Source of the DNA: Myxococcales bacterium
GTDB lineage: Bacteria; Myxococcota_A; UBA9042
NCBI GenBank assembly: GCA_037441385.1
Contig: JBBISH010000002.1
Location: 96,001 to 160,000, forward strand
Reading direction: 5' to 3'
DNA: 64,000 nucleotides
The position numbers and the translations under genes were made by a program. Shown here one piece after another: positions 10,307-19,332 of the stretch. Positions within the stretch are counted from its first letter, which is position 1. Each line of letters starts with the position of its first letter. The notes below the pieces were generated by a model, which had not been told where the DNA came from, did no database searches, and saw only the letters and a program-made list of their open reading frames with translations.

Positions 10307-11497
10307 TCAGGGCCGTCGCGCATTTGCGAGCGCCAGCACCCAGTGGTCCAGCTGCGCAAAGCCGTGCGGCAACAAGCGCACGTGATTTTGGGTCAATTCT
10401 AGCGGCGCACGCCCCGCGAGCGCCAAGGCGCGCTGGCGAAAACGCTCGGTCGCCGGCGCCCCCACATCGCGGGCCAGACGCTCCAGGTCCACCCCTTGCG
10501 CCAAGCGCAGCTCCGTCAAGATGCGCTCGGTCAGCATCGTGTCCAGGTCCAGATCTTCGCGAAGAACCTCGGGCAGTTGCCCGTGCTCGACGGCGCTGAA
10601 CCAGGCGCGGTGATCGCGGTGATTGCCGTAGCGAAGGTCGCCCTTCGGCCCCGGCAGGTGCCCGTGCGCGCCCACCCCCGCCGCCAGCCAGTGATCGCCG
10701 TGCCAGTAGGCCAAGTTGTGACGGCTCTGGTGGTCCGGGCGCGCATAATTCGACACTTCGTAGCGTTCCAGGCCCCGCTCCGCCAGCCACAACGGGACCT
10801 GCTCCAGCATGTCGGCCTGCAGGTCCTCGTCCGGCGGGCTCTGCAGTCCGCGCGCGACACGCTTGGCCAACGGCGTGTCGGGCTCCACCGTCAGCGAGTA
10901 CAGCGATAGGTGGGGAAGATCATAGGCGAGCACGCCGTCCAAGTCGGCGCGCAGCTCGGCCATCCCTTGGCCCGGGGCGCCAAACAGCAGATCGGCACTG
11001 GCACTGTGCAGCCGGCCGGTGGCCAGCAAGCGCTGCAGCTCGGCCAAGCTGGCGCGGGCAGTGGCGGCGTCGTGCAGGCGGTCCAGCCGCTGCAGGCGGC
11101 GGTCGTCCAGGGCCTGAATGCCCACCGAGATGCGGTTGACGCCGACGGCGGCGTAGTCGGCCAGCGGGGCGTGCTCCAGGGCGCCGGGATTGGCTTCAAT
11201 CGTGAATTCGCCGCCTTTCTGCAGACCTCCCCACTGGTCTAGCCACTGCAGCACCTGACCGATGGGCTGGGCACCCCACAGCGACGGAGTGCCGCCGCCA
11301 AAAAAGACCGTGGCGATCGGCCGCGGCGCCAGTTCGGCTGTGCGCAGGACGAGCTCGGCCAGCACCGCCCTCAAGTAGAGTTCACGTGGGATCTCGGCCG
11401 CCACGGTTGTGGCAAAATCGCAGTAGGCGCAGCGCTTCAGGCACCACGGAAAGTGGATGTAGACGCTCCAGGTGCCTTGCTTGGGTGCGCGGCTCAC
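10307..11497 (-). CDS. hemW: Radical SAM heme chaperone HemW
   Basis: YIHFPWCLKRCAYCDF, FFGGGTPS, EANP, YEVSNYA and HNLAYW motifs. Confidence 0.93.
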   Translation of the reverse strand: MSRAPKQGTWSVYIHFPWCLKRCAYCDFATTVAAEIPRELYLRAVLAELVLRTAELAPRPIATVFFGGGTPSLWGAQPIGQVLQWLDQWGGLQKGGEFTIEANPGALEHAPLADYAAVGVNRISVGIQALDDRRLQRLDRLHDAATARASLAELQRLLATGRLHSASADLLFGAPGQGMAELRADLDGVLAYDLPHLSLYSLTVEPDTPLAKRVARGLQSPPDEDLQADMLEQVPLWLAERGLERYEVSNYARPDHQSRHNLAYWHGDHWLAAGVGAHGHLPGPKGDLRYGNHRDHRAWFSAVEHGQLPEVLREDLDLDTMLTERILTELRLAQGVDLERLARDVGAPATERFRQRALALAGRAPLELTQNHVRLLPHGFAQLDHWVLALANARRP

Positions 11498-12858
11498 CGG
11501 CGAACCTTGCCCACTTCCGGCGGCAAGTCGGCAGCGCTGGCGGCGCGGTCGAAATCCGGCCCCAGCAGGTGCAAGGCCCGCACGCGCCGATGTTCGCCCA
11601 GTTCGACCAGGGTGATGCTGGCCGGCTGGCAGGCATCATGGCCGAGCAAGCGCGGGCAACCGCTCACCTCGGCGCGGCCCACTCCCACCACGGCCAGGCC
11701 GCCGAACCGCCCGTCGTAGAAGACTTCAGAAGCCAATGAAACAACGGCGTTCGTCGCCTGGCGGAGCGCGTATTCGTACAGGCGATAGGCGCGGTCGGCG
11801 ATCAGCTCGCCGTCGCGCAACAGGGTCAAAGGCCGCACGGAGACGAGCAGAACCGCCGAATAGGCCGACGCCGCTTGCAGTGCCGCCCGCACGCGCTTGA
11901 GTTCCCCTTCGTCGATGGTCTGACCGCGCGTGTCCACCGCCACCAGGGCCACGTCGCGGACCGCCAGCACGCCAGCCGGTCGTTCGCCAACCAAAACGTC
12001 GATCACAGAGCCGCCAGGATCGCGCAAGACGTGCAGCACCGGCGCGGGGCCGGCATCGCTCGACCAGGCCAGCACGGCAGCCTGTGGTGCCTCGTTGGCC
12101 AACTGCGCGTCCAGGCTGGCGGTATCGCTGACGTCGCCGGCGATCACCACCGCGTCAGCCTCGAGTTGCGAAGCGGCTTGCGCCACCGCGGCCTGCACCG
12201 CCGCGTCGCTGGCGCCGGCCACCCACAAAATCCGCGTACCCGAGCGGGCGGGAATCCCACCTTGGGCCGCCTCGCCGCCATCCAGCGGGGCCAACGCCAA
12301 ACGCTCGACTGCAAGCCGGTGGGTGGCCATCAGCGGCGCCAGCCCTGGGCGCATTGCCTCTACGGTCACGTGGCGGTCGCGCACCGACTCGGCAAACACG
12401 TGTTCCACTTCGGTGCCCGCCACGGGGTCCGAGCCATCTTCGAAGTGCCATACGAACTTGCTGAAGGCGGCATCGCCGACCACCTCCACGCGCAGCCGCA
12501 CGGGCGTATTCGACCACACACGTAGCTGATCGGGCTCGGCGACGATGCGCAGCGGACCGCTGTCGCTGGCGGGCGCTGCCTCGGCCTGAGCGGGCGACGG
12601 GTCTTCGGCCACGGCGGCGGTGGGCTCCTGGGCAGGCGCCTGCGCCGGTGTGGGCTCGGCGGGGGCCGCGGCAGCTGAATCGGCCGGCTCGCTCGTGCGT
12701 CGATCCTTGGGAACATCAGGTGGCGTCGCCGTGCGCGAAGCCAGCAAGGCCGCAACGCAAATCGCTACCAGCGCCAGTGCCAGCGCCACAAAGCGGCGGT
12801 CGTGCGGCCCTTGCGGGCTCGGCGGCGGCGGACTGGGCGGTGGGTTAGCTTGCGTCAT
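11494..12858 (-). CDS. Membrane-anchored PKD-domain protein with degenerate metallophosphoesterase-like C-terminal domain
   Basis: Start MTQANPP; TM helix; PKD signature FVWHFEDGS...VEHVF; C-terminal VVIAGDV. Confidence 0.65.
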   Translation of the reverse strand: MTQANPPPSPPPPSPQGPHDRRFVALALALVAICVAALLASRTATPPDVPKDRRTSEPADSAAAAPAEPTPAQAPAQEPTAAVAEDPSPAQAEAAPASDSGPLRIVAEPDQLRVWSNTPVRLRVEVVGDAAFSKFVWHFEDGSDPVAGTEVEHVFAESVRDRHVTVEAMRPGLAPLMATHRLAVERLALAPLDGGEAAQGGIPARSGTRILWVAGASDAAVQAAVAQAASQLEADAVVIAGDVSDTASLDAQLANEAPQAAVLAWSSDAGPAPVLHVLRDPGGSVIDVLVGERPAGVLAVRDVALVAVDTRGQTIDEGELKRVRAALQAASAYSAVLLVSVRPLTLLRDGELIADRAYRLYEYALRQATNAVVSLASEVFYDGRFGGLAVVGVGRAEVSGCPRLLGHDACQPASITLVELGEHRRVRALHLLGPDFDRAASAADLPPEVGKVRR

Positions 12859-12959
12859 GCGGTCAAGGACTTGGCGAGGCGCGGCGCACGACCTCGAACA
12901 GGTTTGCGCCGGATTCGTCTTGGGATTGTGTCTGAGTTTCCAATCGTTGCTGGGCCGAT

Positions 12960-12989
12960 TTGACCCCCGGCCTTTGCCAACCGTAGTAT
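12960..12989 (+). promoter_or_regulatory. Putative sigma70-type promoter
   Basis: TTGACC-N18-TAGTAT about 60 bp upstream of the ATG at 13049, which has an AGGAG RBS. Confidence 0.5.
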
Positions 12990-13048
12990 CGACGACTCGC
13001 CGGTGCGCCGCAACACACGAGCGCGGCCCACCGCGGCAGGAGAAGCCC

Positions 13049-14317
13049 ATGTTCGATTTTGCAAGTACTTGCCTGCGCGCGAGCTGGATGGCCGGCTCGC
13101 TGGCTGCCGCCGTCGTCCTGGCCAGTCCGGTCTTGGCTGCCCCGTCGGCGTGGAAAGTGACCGAGGCGGCATGCCTCACGTCGTTTGGCGCACCCGAAAA
13201 GGCCGAGGAATCCAAGCTATTGGGCTGTGCCGACGACTTTGCTGGCGACGCGGTCATCGAGCAACTGACCGCCAAAGATCGCGCCACCATCGAAAAGGGC
13301 TTGCGGTATCTGTACGAACATGGTTCGGACAAGGGCGCCAAAGTCGCCCGCGTCGCACTGCAGCGCTTGGGCGTCAACTTGCCGGTGCGCGCGCCCAAAG
13401 CTGCCGCGGGTCCGGCCGAACCGGCCCGTATCAAGTACGATCCACCCGAGGCCAAGGCCGACGACAAGAAAGCCGCTGAAAAGTTTTACAAAGACGGCGT
13501 CGCGCTGCTCAAGAAGAAGAAGTGGAAAGACGGCGTCGGCGTGTTGAACAAGGGGCTGGAGAAAGATCCTCGGAGCGAGAAGATCCTGTACAACATGGCC
13601 TGCGGCGAAGCGAATTTCGACGACAAGAAGCCGTGTTTCGTCCACCTGCAAAACCTGGCCGATCTAGGCACCGACTACTCGGCCGAGTTGCTGATCAAGG
13701 CCCGCGGCGACGCCGACATGGAAGCCGTGCGCGAAGACTCCGATTTCAAGCGCATCACCGGCTACATGCGTGCCCAGGTGATCAACACGGTGGGCGATCC
13801 GGGCGACCCAGGTGTCGAGAATATCATGAAGTTGTTCGACAAGCTCAGCCTGAAGAAGCCGGACAAGAAGGAAGACGAGTCGACGCCGCAGCCCCACCCC
13901 ACCGTGATGTTCAAGGCGCACAGCAAGGCGCAAGTGGCCGTCATTGCAGAGCTGCTTGGTGATCCCGAGACCAAGTTGGAGCCCATGGCCGGCGACTCGA
14001 AGTACGACGTGGTGATTCGCTGGGGCACGACGCTGGACGAAAAGGGCAAGCCAACCAACTTGGGTCCCGAGACCGCAGACGAAGCCATCGCCAATGCCCG
14101 CAAGAAGCAAAACAAGGCGTTGGCCCAACCTGAGCAAGCCATCGGCAAGGTGAACAAGGTGCTCGACTCGCCGAACCGCGCCATCAGCGAAGCCGGCAAG
14201 ATGAAGGACCGCGTACTGGGCGTGGGCGACAAGGCCAAGGGCGCGGTCGACAAGGCCAAGGATCTGGAGAAGATTGGCGACAAGGCCAAAGATGCGATGA
14301 AGATCAAGGGGCTATAG
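13049..14317 (+). CDS. Secreted TPR protein with probable LytR_C-like domain
   Basis: Signal peptide; TPR-like helices (AEKFYKDG...ILYNMAC); VINTVG...TVMF...DVVIRWG segment; Lys-rich helical tail. Confidence 0.65.
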   Translation: MFDFASTCLRASWMAGSLAAAVVLASPVLAAPSAWKVTEAACLTSFGAPEKAEESKLLGCADDFAGDAVIEQLTAKDRATIEKGLRYLYEHGSDKGAKVARVALQRLGVNLPVRAPKAAAGPAEPARIKYDPPEAKADDKKAAEKFYKDGVALLKKKKWKDGVGVLNKGLEKDPRSEKILYNMACGEANFDDKKPCFVHLQNLADLGTDYSAELLIKARGDADMEAVREDSDFKRITGYMRAQVINTVGDPGDPGVENIMKLFDKLSLKKPDKKEDESTPQPHPTVMFKAHSKAQVAVIAELLGDPETKLEPMAGDSKYDVVIRWGTTLDEKGKPTNLGPETADEAIANARKKQNKALAQPEQAIGKVNKVLDSPNRAISEAGKMKDRVLGVGDKAKGAVDKAKDLEKIGDKAKDAMKIKGL

Positions 14318-14341
14318 GTCCAATCGCGGGGGTGGCAGCAC

Positions 14342-14623
14342 ATGTCGGTTTGGGAAGCCATCGCGAATCTCTCTGCCCTCGACTGGTTCGTGGTGGCGCT
14401 GACCGTGGTGGTGTCGCTGCTGGGTATGTTGCTCCCCAAGCTGGGCAATTTGCTCGGCCGGTTGTTCCTGGGCGAAGACCCGCTGATCGAGCGCTGGAAG
14501 CACGCCCGCGCCGATCGAAAGGCGGCTGCCATTGCCCGCAAGCAGGCGCTCCGCAACGAGAAAGCCGCCAAGGCTGCCGCGCGTGTCGCCGCGAAGGCGG
14601 CCAGCGACCCTCCCGCCCCGTAA
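14342..14623 (+). CDS. Small membrane protein, TatA/E-like architecture
   Basis: One TM helix followed by amphipathic LPKLGNLLGR and a charged tail. Confidence 0.55.
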   Translation: MSVWEAIANLSALDWFVVALTVVVSLLGMLLPKLGNLLGRLFLGEDPLIERWKHARADRKAAAIARKQALRNEKAAKAAARVAAKAASDPPAP

Positions 14624-14704
14624 CCAGCGCGAGGCGAGGCGTCCAAGCCAGCGTTCCCACTAGACAAAGCGACCGTTCCGACCAAGAAGCGCGAGAAGGA
14701 AGCG

Positions 14705-15388
14705 ATGCCCACACCGATTGCCCTGGCCTCCAGCTCGCCGCGCCGCAAAGAACTGTTGGAGCGGCTGGGCTTCCAAGTCCGCGTGCTACAAAGCAACATC
14801 GACGAATCACAGGTCGGCGGCGAGTTGCCCGAGGACTATGCCAAGCGCGTGGCGCGCGCCAAAGTCCTGGCCGCCGTGCGGCGGATCCAAGCGACGCTTT
14901 ACACCAGCGAAGTCGAGGCGCGGCGCCAATTTGCCGCGGGTGCGACCCCGGCCGCGGTGCGGGGCGACGAAGGCCTGCGGTGGGTGCTGGGCGCCGATAC
15001 GGTGGTGGTCGTCGACGACGTGATCTTTGGCAAGCCGGCCGACGTCCAAGAAGCGCGCGAGATGCTGTCGCGCCTGTCCGGCCGTGAACATCTTGTTATC
15101 ACCGCATTTTGCCTATACGACCTGCGCCGCAGTCGCGAGGGCATCGAAGCCGTGCGGACAGTGGTGCGCTTCAAAGAGCTAACTCGCAGCGAGATTGATG
15201 CCTATGTGTCGGCGGGCGAAAGCATGGACAAAGCGGGCGCTTACGCGGTGCAAGGGGTCGGATCCTACCTAGTCGAGCACCTGCAGGGCAGCTACACCAA
15301 CGTGGTGGGACTGCCGCTTTGCCAAGTGGTTGAAATGATGGAAGCCATGGGGGCGCGCGACGTCCTCCCCTGGGGGGCCAAGGAGTAG
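14705..15388 (+). CDS. maf: Maf family nucleotide pyrophosphatase
   Basis: LASSSPRR, GADTVV, GKP, DKAGAY and NVVGLP motifs. Confidence 0.95.
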   Translation: MPTPIALASSSPRRKELLERLGFQVRVLQSNIDESQVGGELPEDYAKRVARAKVLAAVRRIQATLYTSEVEARRQFAAGATPAAVRGDEGLRWVLGADTVVVVDDVIFGKPADVQEAREMLSRLSGREHLVITAFCLYDLRRSREGIEAVRTVVRFKELTRSEIDAYVSAGESMDKAGAYAVQGVGSYLVEHLQGSYTNVVGLPLCQVVEMMEAMGARDVLPWGAKE

Positions 15389-15393
15389 CGGCC

Positions 15394-16110
15394 ATGACGC
15401 AAGCCACCATTGCGCAGAATCTGCACGACGTTCGCCAGCGCATCGCCCAGGCCGCCCGGCAAAGGGGCCGCGATCCCAACGCGATCACGCTGGTGGCGGT
15501 CAGCAAGGGGCAGCCCGCAGAGGCGATCCGCGCCGCCTATGCCGCTGGTCAGCGCGATTTTGGCGAGAACTACGTGCAGGAATGGCAAGAAAAGGCCCAG
15601 CAGCTAACCGACTTGACCGACTTGCGCTGGCACTTCTTGGGGCACTTGCAGCGCAACAAGTGCAAGTTCGTGCTGGGCAAAGTGCACCTGTTGCACAGCC
15701 TGGACGACATGCAGGGCTTGGACGAGATGGCGCGCCAGGCCTGGCAGAACAAGCTGAAGCAAGACGTGCTGTTGCAAGTCAACCTGGCCGACGAACAGAG
15801 CAAGCGCGGCTGCGGCGTGGCCGATGCCGAACTCTTTGTGGAAGTGCTGCAGCGGTCGCCGGGATTGCGGCTGCGCGGGCTGATGCTGCTGCCGCCCTAC
15901 GACGCCGATGCCGAGCAGGTGCGGCCGTGGTTCCAGCAACTGGCGCAGTTGGCGGGCGACCTGGGCCGCAGTTTTGGCCAGCACCCCAGCCTGCCGGCGC
16001 CGGGTCAGTGGGTACTGTCGATGGGCATGAGCGGCGACTTTGAGGTGGCCATCGCCGAGGGCGCCACCCATGTGCGCGTTGGCACTGCGATTTTTGGCGC
16101 GCGCAGCTAG
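15394..16110 (+). CDS. yggS: PLP homeostasis protein YggS
   Basis: LVAVSK, FGENYVQE, WHFLGHLQRNK, LSMGMSGDF and VRVGTAIFG motifs. Confidence 0.96.
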   Translation: MTQATIAQNLHDVRQRIAQAARQRGRDPNAITLVAVSKGQPAEAIRAAYAAGQRDFGENYVQEWQEKAQQLTDLTDLRWHFLGHLQRNKCKFVLGKVHLLHSLDDMQGLDEMARQAWQNKLKQDVLLQVNLADEQSKRGCGVADAELFVEVLQRSPGLRLRGLMLLPPYDADAEQVRPWFQQLAQLAGDLGRSFGQHPSLPAPGQWVLSMGMSGDFEVAIAEGATHVRVGTAIFGARS

Positions 16111-17039
16111 CTTTTTTGCCGCACCAGGCGGCCGTTGTGCAGCACAAAGCGGTCGATGCTGGGTCCCGCCCCGCTCAGATCGGCCACGCCGGTCATGGCC
16201 CGCAGGGCATCGCCGTGCTGGGCAACGAATTCCTGGGCATCTTGGACCAGTGGGTCCCACGGCAAGGCGATCGTCCATTGCGGCGTCGCGGCATGGAAGT
16301 GGCTGGGCATGAGGCGCGGCCCCACGCCCTCCGCGCGCAGCTGAGCCAGCACGTGGTCTGGCCGCTGGTCGTGCAGTTCCGCAAGGATCGCCAGCCTTTC
16401 GATGGTGTGAATGGTCGGCGGCGGCAGCAACGTGGCGCCCCCGGCGGTGTGCTCACGGAGGGCCTGCCGCGCCTCGATGAAGAACAGCTCGGTGGTTTCG
16501 TGATGGTCCAACGCGGGTTGCTGGCCCGCGGGCAGCTCGGCGGCAAAGAAGTAGGTGTCGAAGCGCTTGGGTTCGTAGAGCGGCGTGAGCCAGTGGGCAA
16601 AAGCCGCCAGCGGGCGCAAGTCCAAACGCCAACTGCGCGCCCTCAGCGCGGCATGCCAGGCCGCCGCGGCCAAGTGGCGACCGTTGCGCAACGCTTCGAT
16701 CTCGCAGTCAAACTCGGCCACTGCGGCGGGCGTCAGGGCTTCGCCACGCACGTCCACGGCCAGCAAGACGTGCGCCTCTTCGTGCAGTTCGCGCAAGGCC
16801 GCCACGGCAAAGGCGCGGGCCGTCTCGCGATCGCGGCCGGGCAGGTCCGGAATCTTGCCCAGGACCGGCACATCGCCGTCGGCCGCATCGACCTTGCCAC
16901 CGGGAAAGACCGTGGCGCCGGGCATGAAACCGCTTTGGCCGTGGCGGCGGATCAGCAGCACCTCCAGGCCGTCGGACCCGGACCGCAGCAGCACGACCGT
17001 GGCTGCCTGCAACGGCACAGCAGGCACAGGCGCCGCCAT
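16107..17039 (-). CDS. NUDIX hydrolase (Nudt19-like)
   Basis: VFPGGKVD...ALRELHEE Nudix box with insertion; WLTP...KRFDTYFF. Confidence 0.88.
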   Translation of the reverse strand: MAAPVPAVPLQAATVVLLRSGSDGLEVLLIRRHGQSGFMPGATVFPGGKVDAADGDVPVLGKIPDLPGRDRETARAFAVAALRELHEEAHVLLAVDVRGEALTPAAVAEFDCEIEALRNGRHLAAAAWHAALRARSWRLDLRPLAAFAHWLTPLYEPKRFDTYFFAAELPAGQQPALDHHETTELFFIEARQALREHTAGGATLLPPPTIHTIERLAILAELHDQRPDHVLAQLRAEGVGPRLMPSHFHAATPQWTIALPWDPLVQDAQEFVAQHGDALRAMTGVADLSGAGPSIDRFVLHNGRLVRQKS

Positions 17040-18265
17040 CAGTGGCACTTGGGCGCGCCGGTCGTGTCGAGCATGCGCGCCAAATAGCCGCCCAGGACCT
17101 GGGTGAACAGCGCATCCGGCGTGATCTGCACCAACTTGGTGCCGGCAAAGGGCGCGGGGGCCATGCCGTTGCCGTAGGCGCCGTGCAGCCAGCAGCCGTC
17201 GTCGGGCACGGTCTTGCAGTCGGCGTCGCTGAAGGGCGCGCTGCAAGGCGGCATGTTGTTCAGTTGGAAGTACGGCGACTTGCTGCTCACCACCGCTTCG
17301 ATGGCCTTGCGGCTAGACCAGTAGCTGGGCTGGCTGTGATCGTGCTGGAACTGGATGCGCTGATAGCGATAGAAGGCGTCCTTCAGGTAGGTGTAGGGCT
17401 CGCGCTCAATCCACCAGGCGTTGTCGGTGCAGTCTTTGGCGGTCTTGCTGATTGGCCAGGCACCGAGCGAGCAGACGATGCTGGCGGGCAAGCCGTCGTG
17501 CGCGGGCGGGTACATGGCCGAGTGCGGTGACGAATCTGTGATGTGGCAAGTCGAGGGAGTGGCGCCCGGACCGTCGTCGGGGCCGATCTGTAGGTCGGGG
17601 TCGGCCGGGGCTTGACTATAGGCGCAGCGGTCGATCGGGCCCTCTACGTCCACCAAGAACAGAATCGACTTGAGTGCATCGTAGGTCTTGATGGCCTTGA
17701 CAGTGGGCGACAAGCCGTTGCCGATGGTGACAAAACCAAGCTTGGCCGGATCAACCCAATCGGCTTTTGACTTCAAATTCAATACGTTCTTGACCGCCGC
17801 CTGGTGCAGCGGGCCGCCGATGTCGTTGTGGCTCTTCTCGCCCGCGATGTACTGGGCCTCGCCGGTGCCGGGCAGGTTGAAGATGACGATACCGGCGCCG
17901 AGTGCGCCAGCCAACTGACTGGCACCATTGACGTATTTGGGATAGAGCGGCGTATTGACGTCGCCGACCACGACCACTAGCGGGCACTTCTTGGCCGCGG
18001 TGCAAGCGTCGGGATGCAGAACCACGCCAAGTGCAAACGAGTTTACGCCCAGCGCACTGACTTGCACGTTGAGCGGCTCCGACGTCACGTTGGCGGCCGG
18101 GGTGGTGGTGGTGTCCTGGCCGCCGCCACTGGTGCTGGCGTCGCTGCCCGAGCTGGTCGCCGTCGTGCCACCGGCGTCGCTCGAACCGCACGCAACGCAC
18201 GTGGCGATAACTGCAAACGAAATTCCAGCACTGAACAGCAGACGACGGGCGGCAGTGGCGAGCAT
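17039..18265 (-). CDS. Cys-rich lipoprotein with alpha/beta hydrolase-like fold
   Basis: Start MLATAARR; lipobox CVAC; Ser/Thr/Gly linker; FNLPGTG and WVDPAKLG segments. Confidence 0.65.
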   Translation of the reverse strand: MLATAARRLLFSAGISFAVIATCVACGSSDAGGTTATSSGSDASTSGGGQDTTTTPAANVTSEPLNVQVSALGVNSFALGVVLHPDACTAAKKCPLVVVVGDVNTPLYPKYVNGASQLAGALGAGIVIFNLPGTGEAQYIAGEKSHNDIGGPLHQAAVKNVLNLKSKADWVDPAKLGFVTIGNGLSPTVKAIKTYDALKSILFLVDVEGPIDRCAYSQAPADPDLQIGPDDGPGATPSTCHITDSSPHSAMYPPAHDGLPASIVCSLGAWPISKTAKDCTDNAWWIEREPYTYLKDAFYRYQRIQFQHDHSQPSYWSSRKAIEAVVSSKSPYFQLNNMPPCSAPFSDADCKTVPDDGCWLHGAYGNGMAPAPFAGTKLVQITPDALFTQVLGGYLARMLDTTGAPKCH

Positions 18266-18610
18266 GGTGACGGGATTTCCTGGGGCCGGCGCGGAGTGTG
18301 CGCCGCTGGCCAGTGTACCCGCGGCGGGCGGCGGCGTACAGACACCCGTTCGCGACCACTTTGATCGCGTTTGTCGAAAAAATTGCTGGAATAACGGCGT
18401 GGTGTACGCTCGGCCATTGCGGCTCGGCTCAGGTCGATCGCTGGGGTGAAGAGCGGCTTGGGCGCCGGAAAAACGATCGGCGCCGCGACCCGCCCTGGTG
18501 GATCGCACCACTGCTCGCGATCCTGTGTGACTTGGGCGGCTTGGCGCGCGCGGGGCGGTCGCAGGCGGCGCGGATTCAAGCCGTTGGCACAGCCGAACGC
18601 AGGCTCACGA

Positions 18611-18640
18611 TTGACAGTTTGCCGGTTTCGTCCTTATCCT
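18611..18640 (+). promoter_or_regulatory. sigma70-type promoter of the dcw operon
   Basis: TTGACA-N18-TATCCT upstream of mraZ. Confidence 0.7.
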
Positions 18641-18646
18641 CGCCAC

Positions 18647-18690
18647 GTGGGAGGAAGTGGATCGCAGCGGATCAAAGTGGCCTGCAGCGG
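18647..18690 (+). promoter_or_regulatory. Putative MraZ operator (10-bp-phased G(T/C)GG boxes)
   Basis: GTGG/GTGG/GCGG/GTGG/GCGG at 18647, 18657, 18667, 18677 and 18687, just downstream of the -10 element. Confidence 0.7.
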
Positions 18691-18869
18691 ACTATCCACC
18701 CCTTCCCAAAGGCATTCCTGACCAGCAGCGCGCAGCGCCCGGCGGCGGACGACGGCTTTGGCCACGACCGCGGCGGGCGGGGTCTTGTCGCAAGATCCCG
18801 AGTCGCCTGCACAAGCACGGCCCAACGGGCCACGGTTGGGGATCAGCGGTGCGGTAGGCGAGGCTGGCA

Positions 18870-19331
18870 ATGGCCATCCGATTTCGCGGCGAATACGAAC
18901 TGCGCGTCGACGACAAGGCGCGGTTGGCGATTCCGGCGAGCTATCGGCAAGCCCTTGATCAGGCTGGCGATCGCCGGTTGATCCTGGTCAAGTCAACCTC
19001 GGCCAAGTGCCTGCAGGCCTGGCCGCAGAGCGACTGGGAAGCCTACGAAGACAGGATTCTTGCCCTGGCAGCCAGCGAGCCGACTGCGCTCAAGCTGCTG
19101 CGATTCCAGGTGGCCGGCAACGCGCAAGTTGAGCCGGATTCGCATGGACGGGTGGTGCTGCCGCCAACGCTGCGCGCGTATGCCGGCATCGACCCGAGTG
19201 GCGAGGTGGTAGTGGCGAGCCTTATCAACCGCTTTGAGATTTGGGCCCGCTCGCGCTGGCAAGCCGAGCAGAACCAGATCGAGGGCGACCTGCCGAATTG
19301 GAGCGCCGACTTGGCGCGCCTGGGCTTGTAA
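18870..19331 (+). CDS. mraZ: Transcriptional regulator MraZ
   Basis: FRGEY..VDDKARLAIPA and DSHGRVVLP repeats, FEIW; first gene of the dcw cluster. Confidence 0.95.
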   Translation: MAIRFRGEYELRVDDKARLAIPASYRQALDQAGDRRLILVKSTSAKCLQAWPQSDWEAYEDRILALAASEPTALKLLRFQVAGNAQVEPDSHGRVVLPPTLRAYAGIDPSGEVVVASLINRFEIWARSRWQAEQNQIEGDLPNWSADLARLGL

Positions 19332-19332
19332 G

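Noticed and set aside
18270..18860. RNase P RNA or another ncRNA upstream of mraZ
   Set aside because: No GAGGAAAGTCC-type signature was found. The region is explained by divergent promoters and MraZ boxes.
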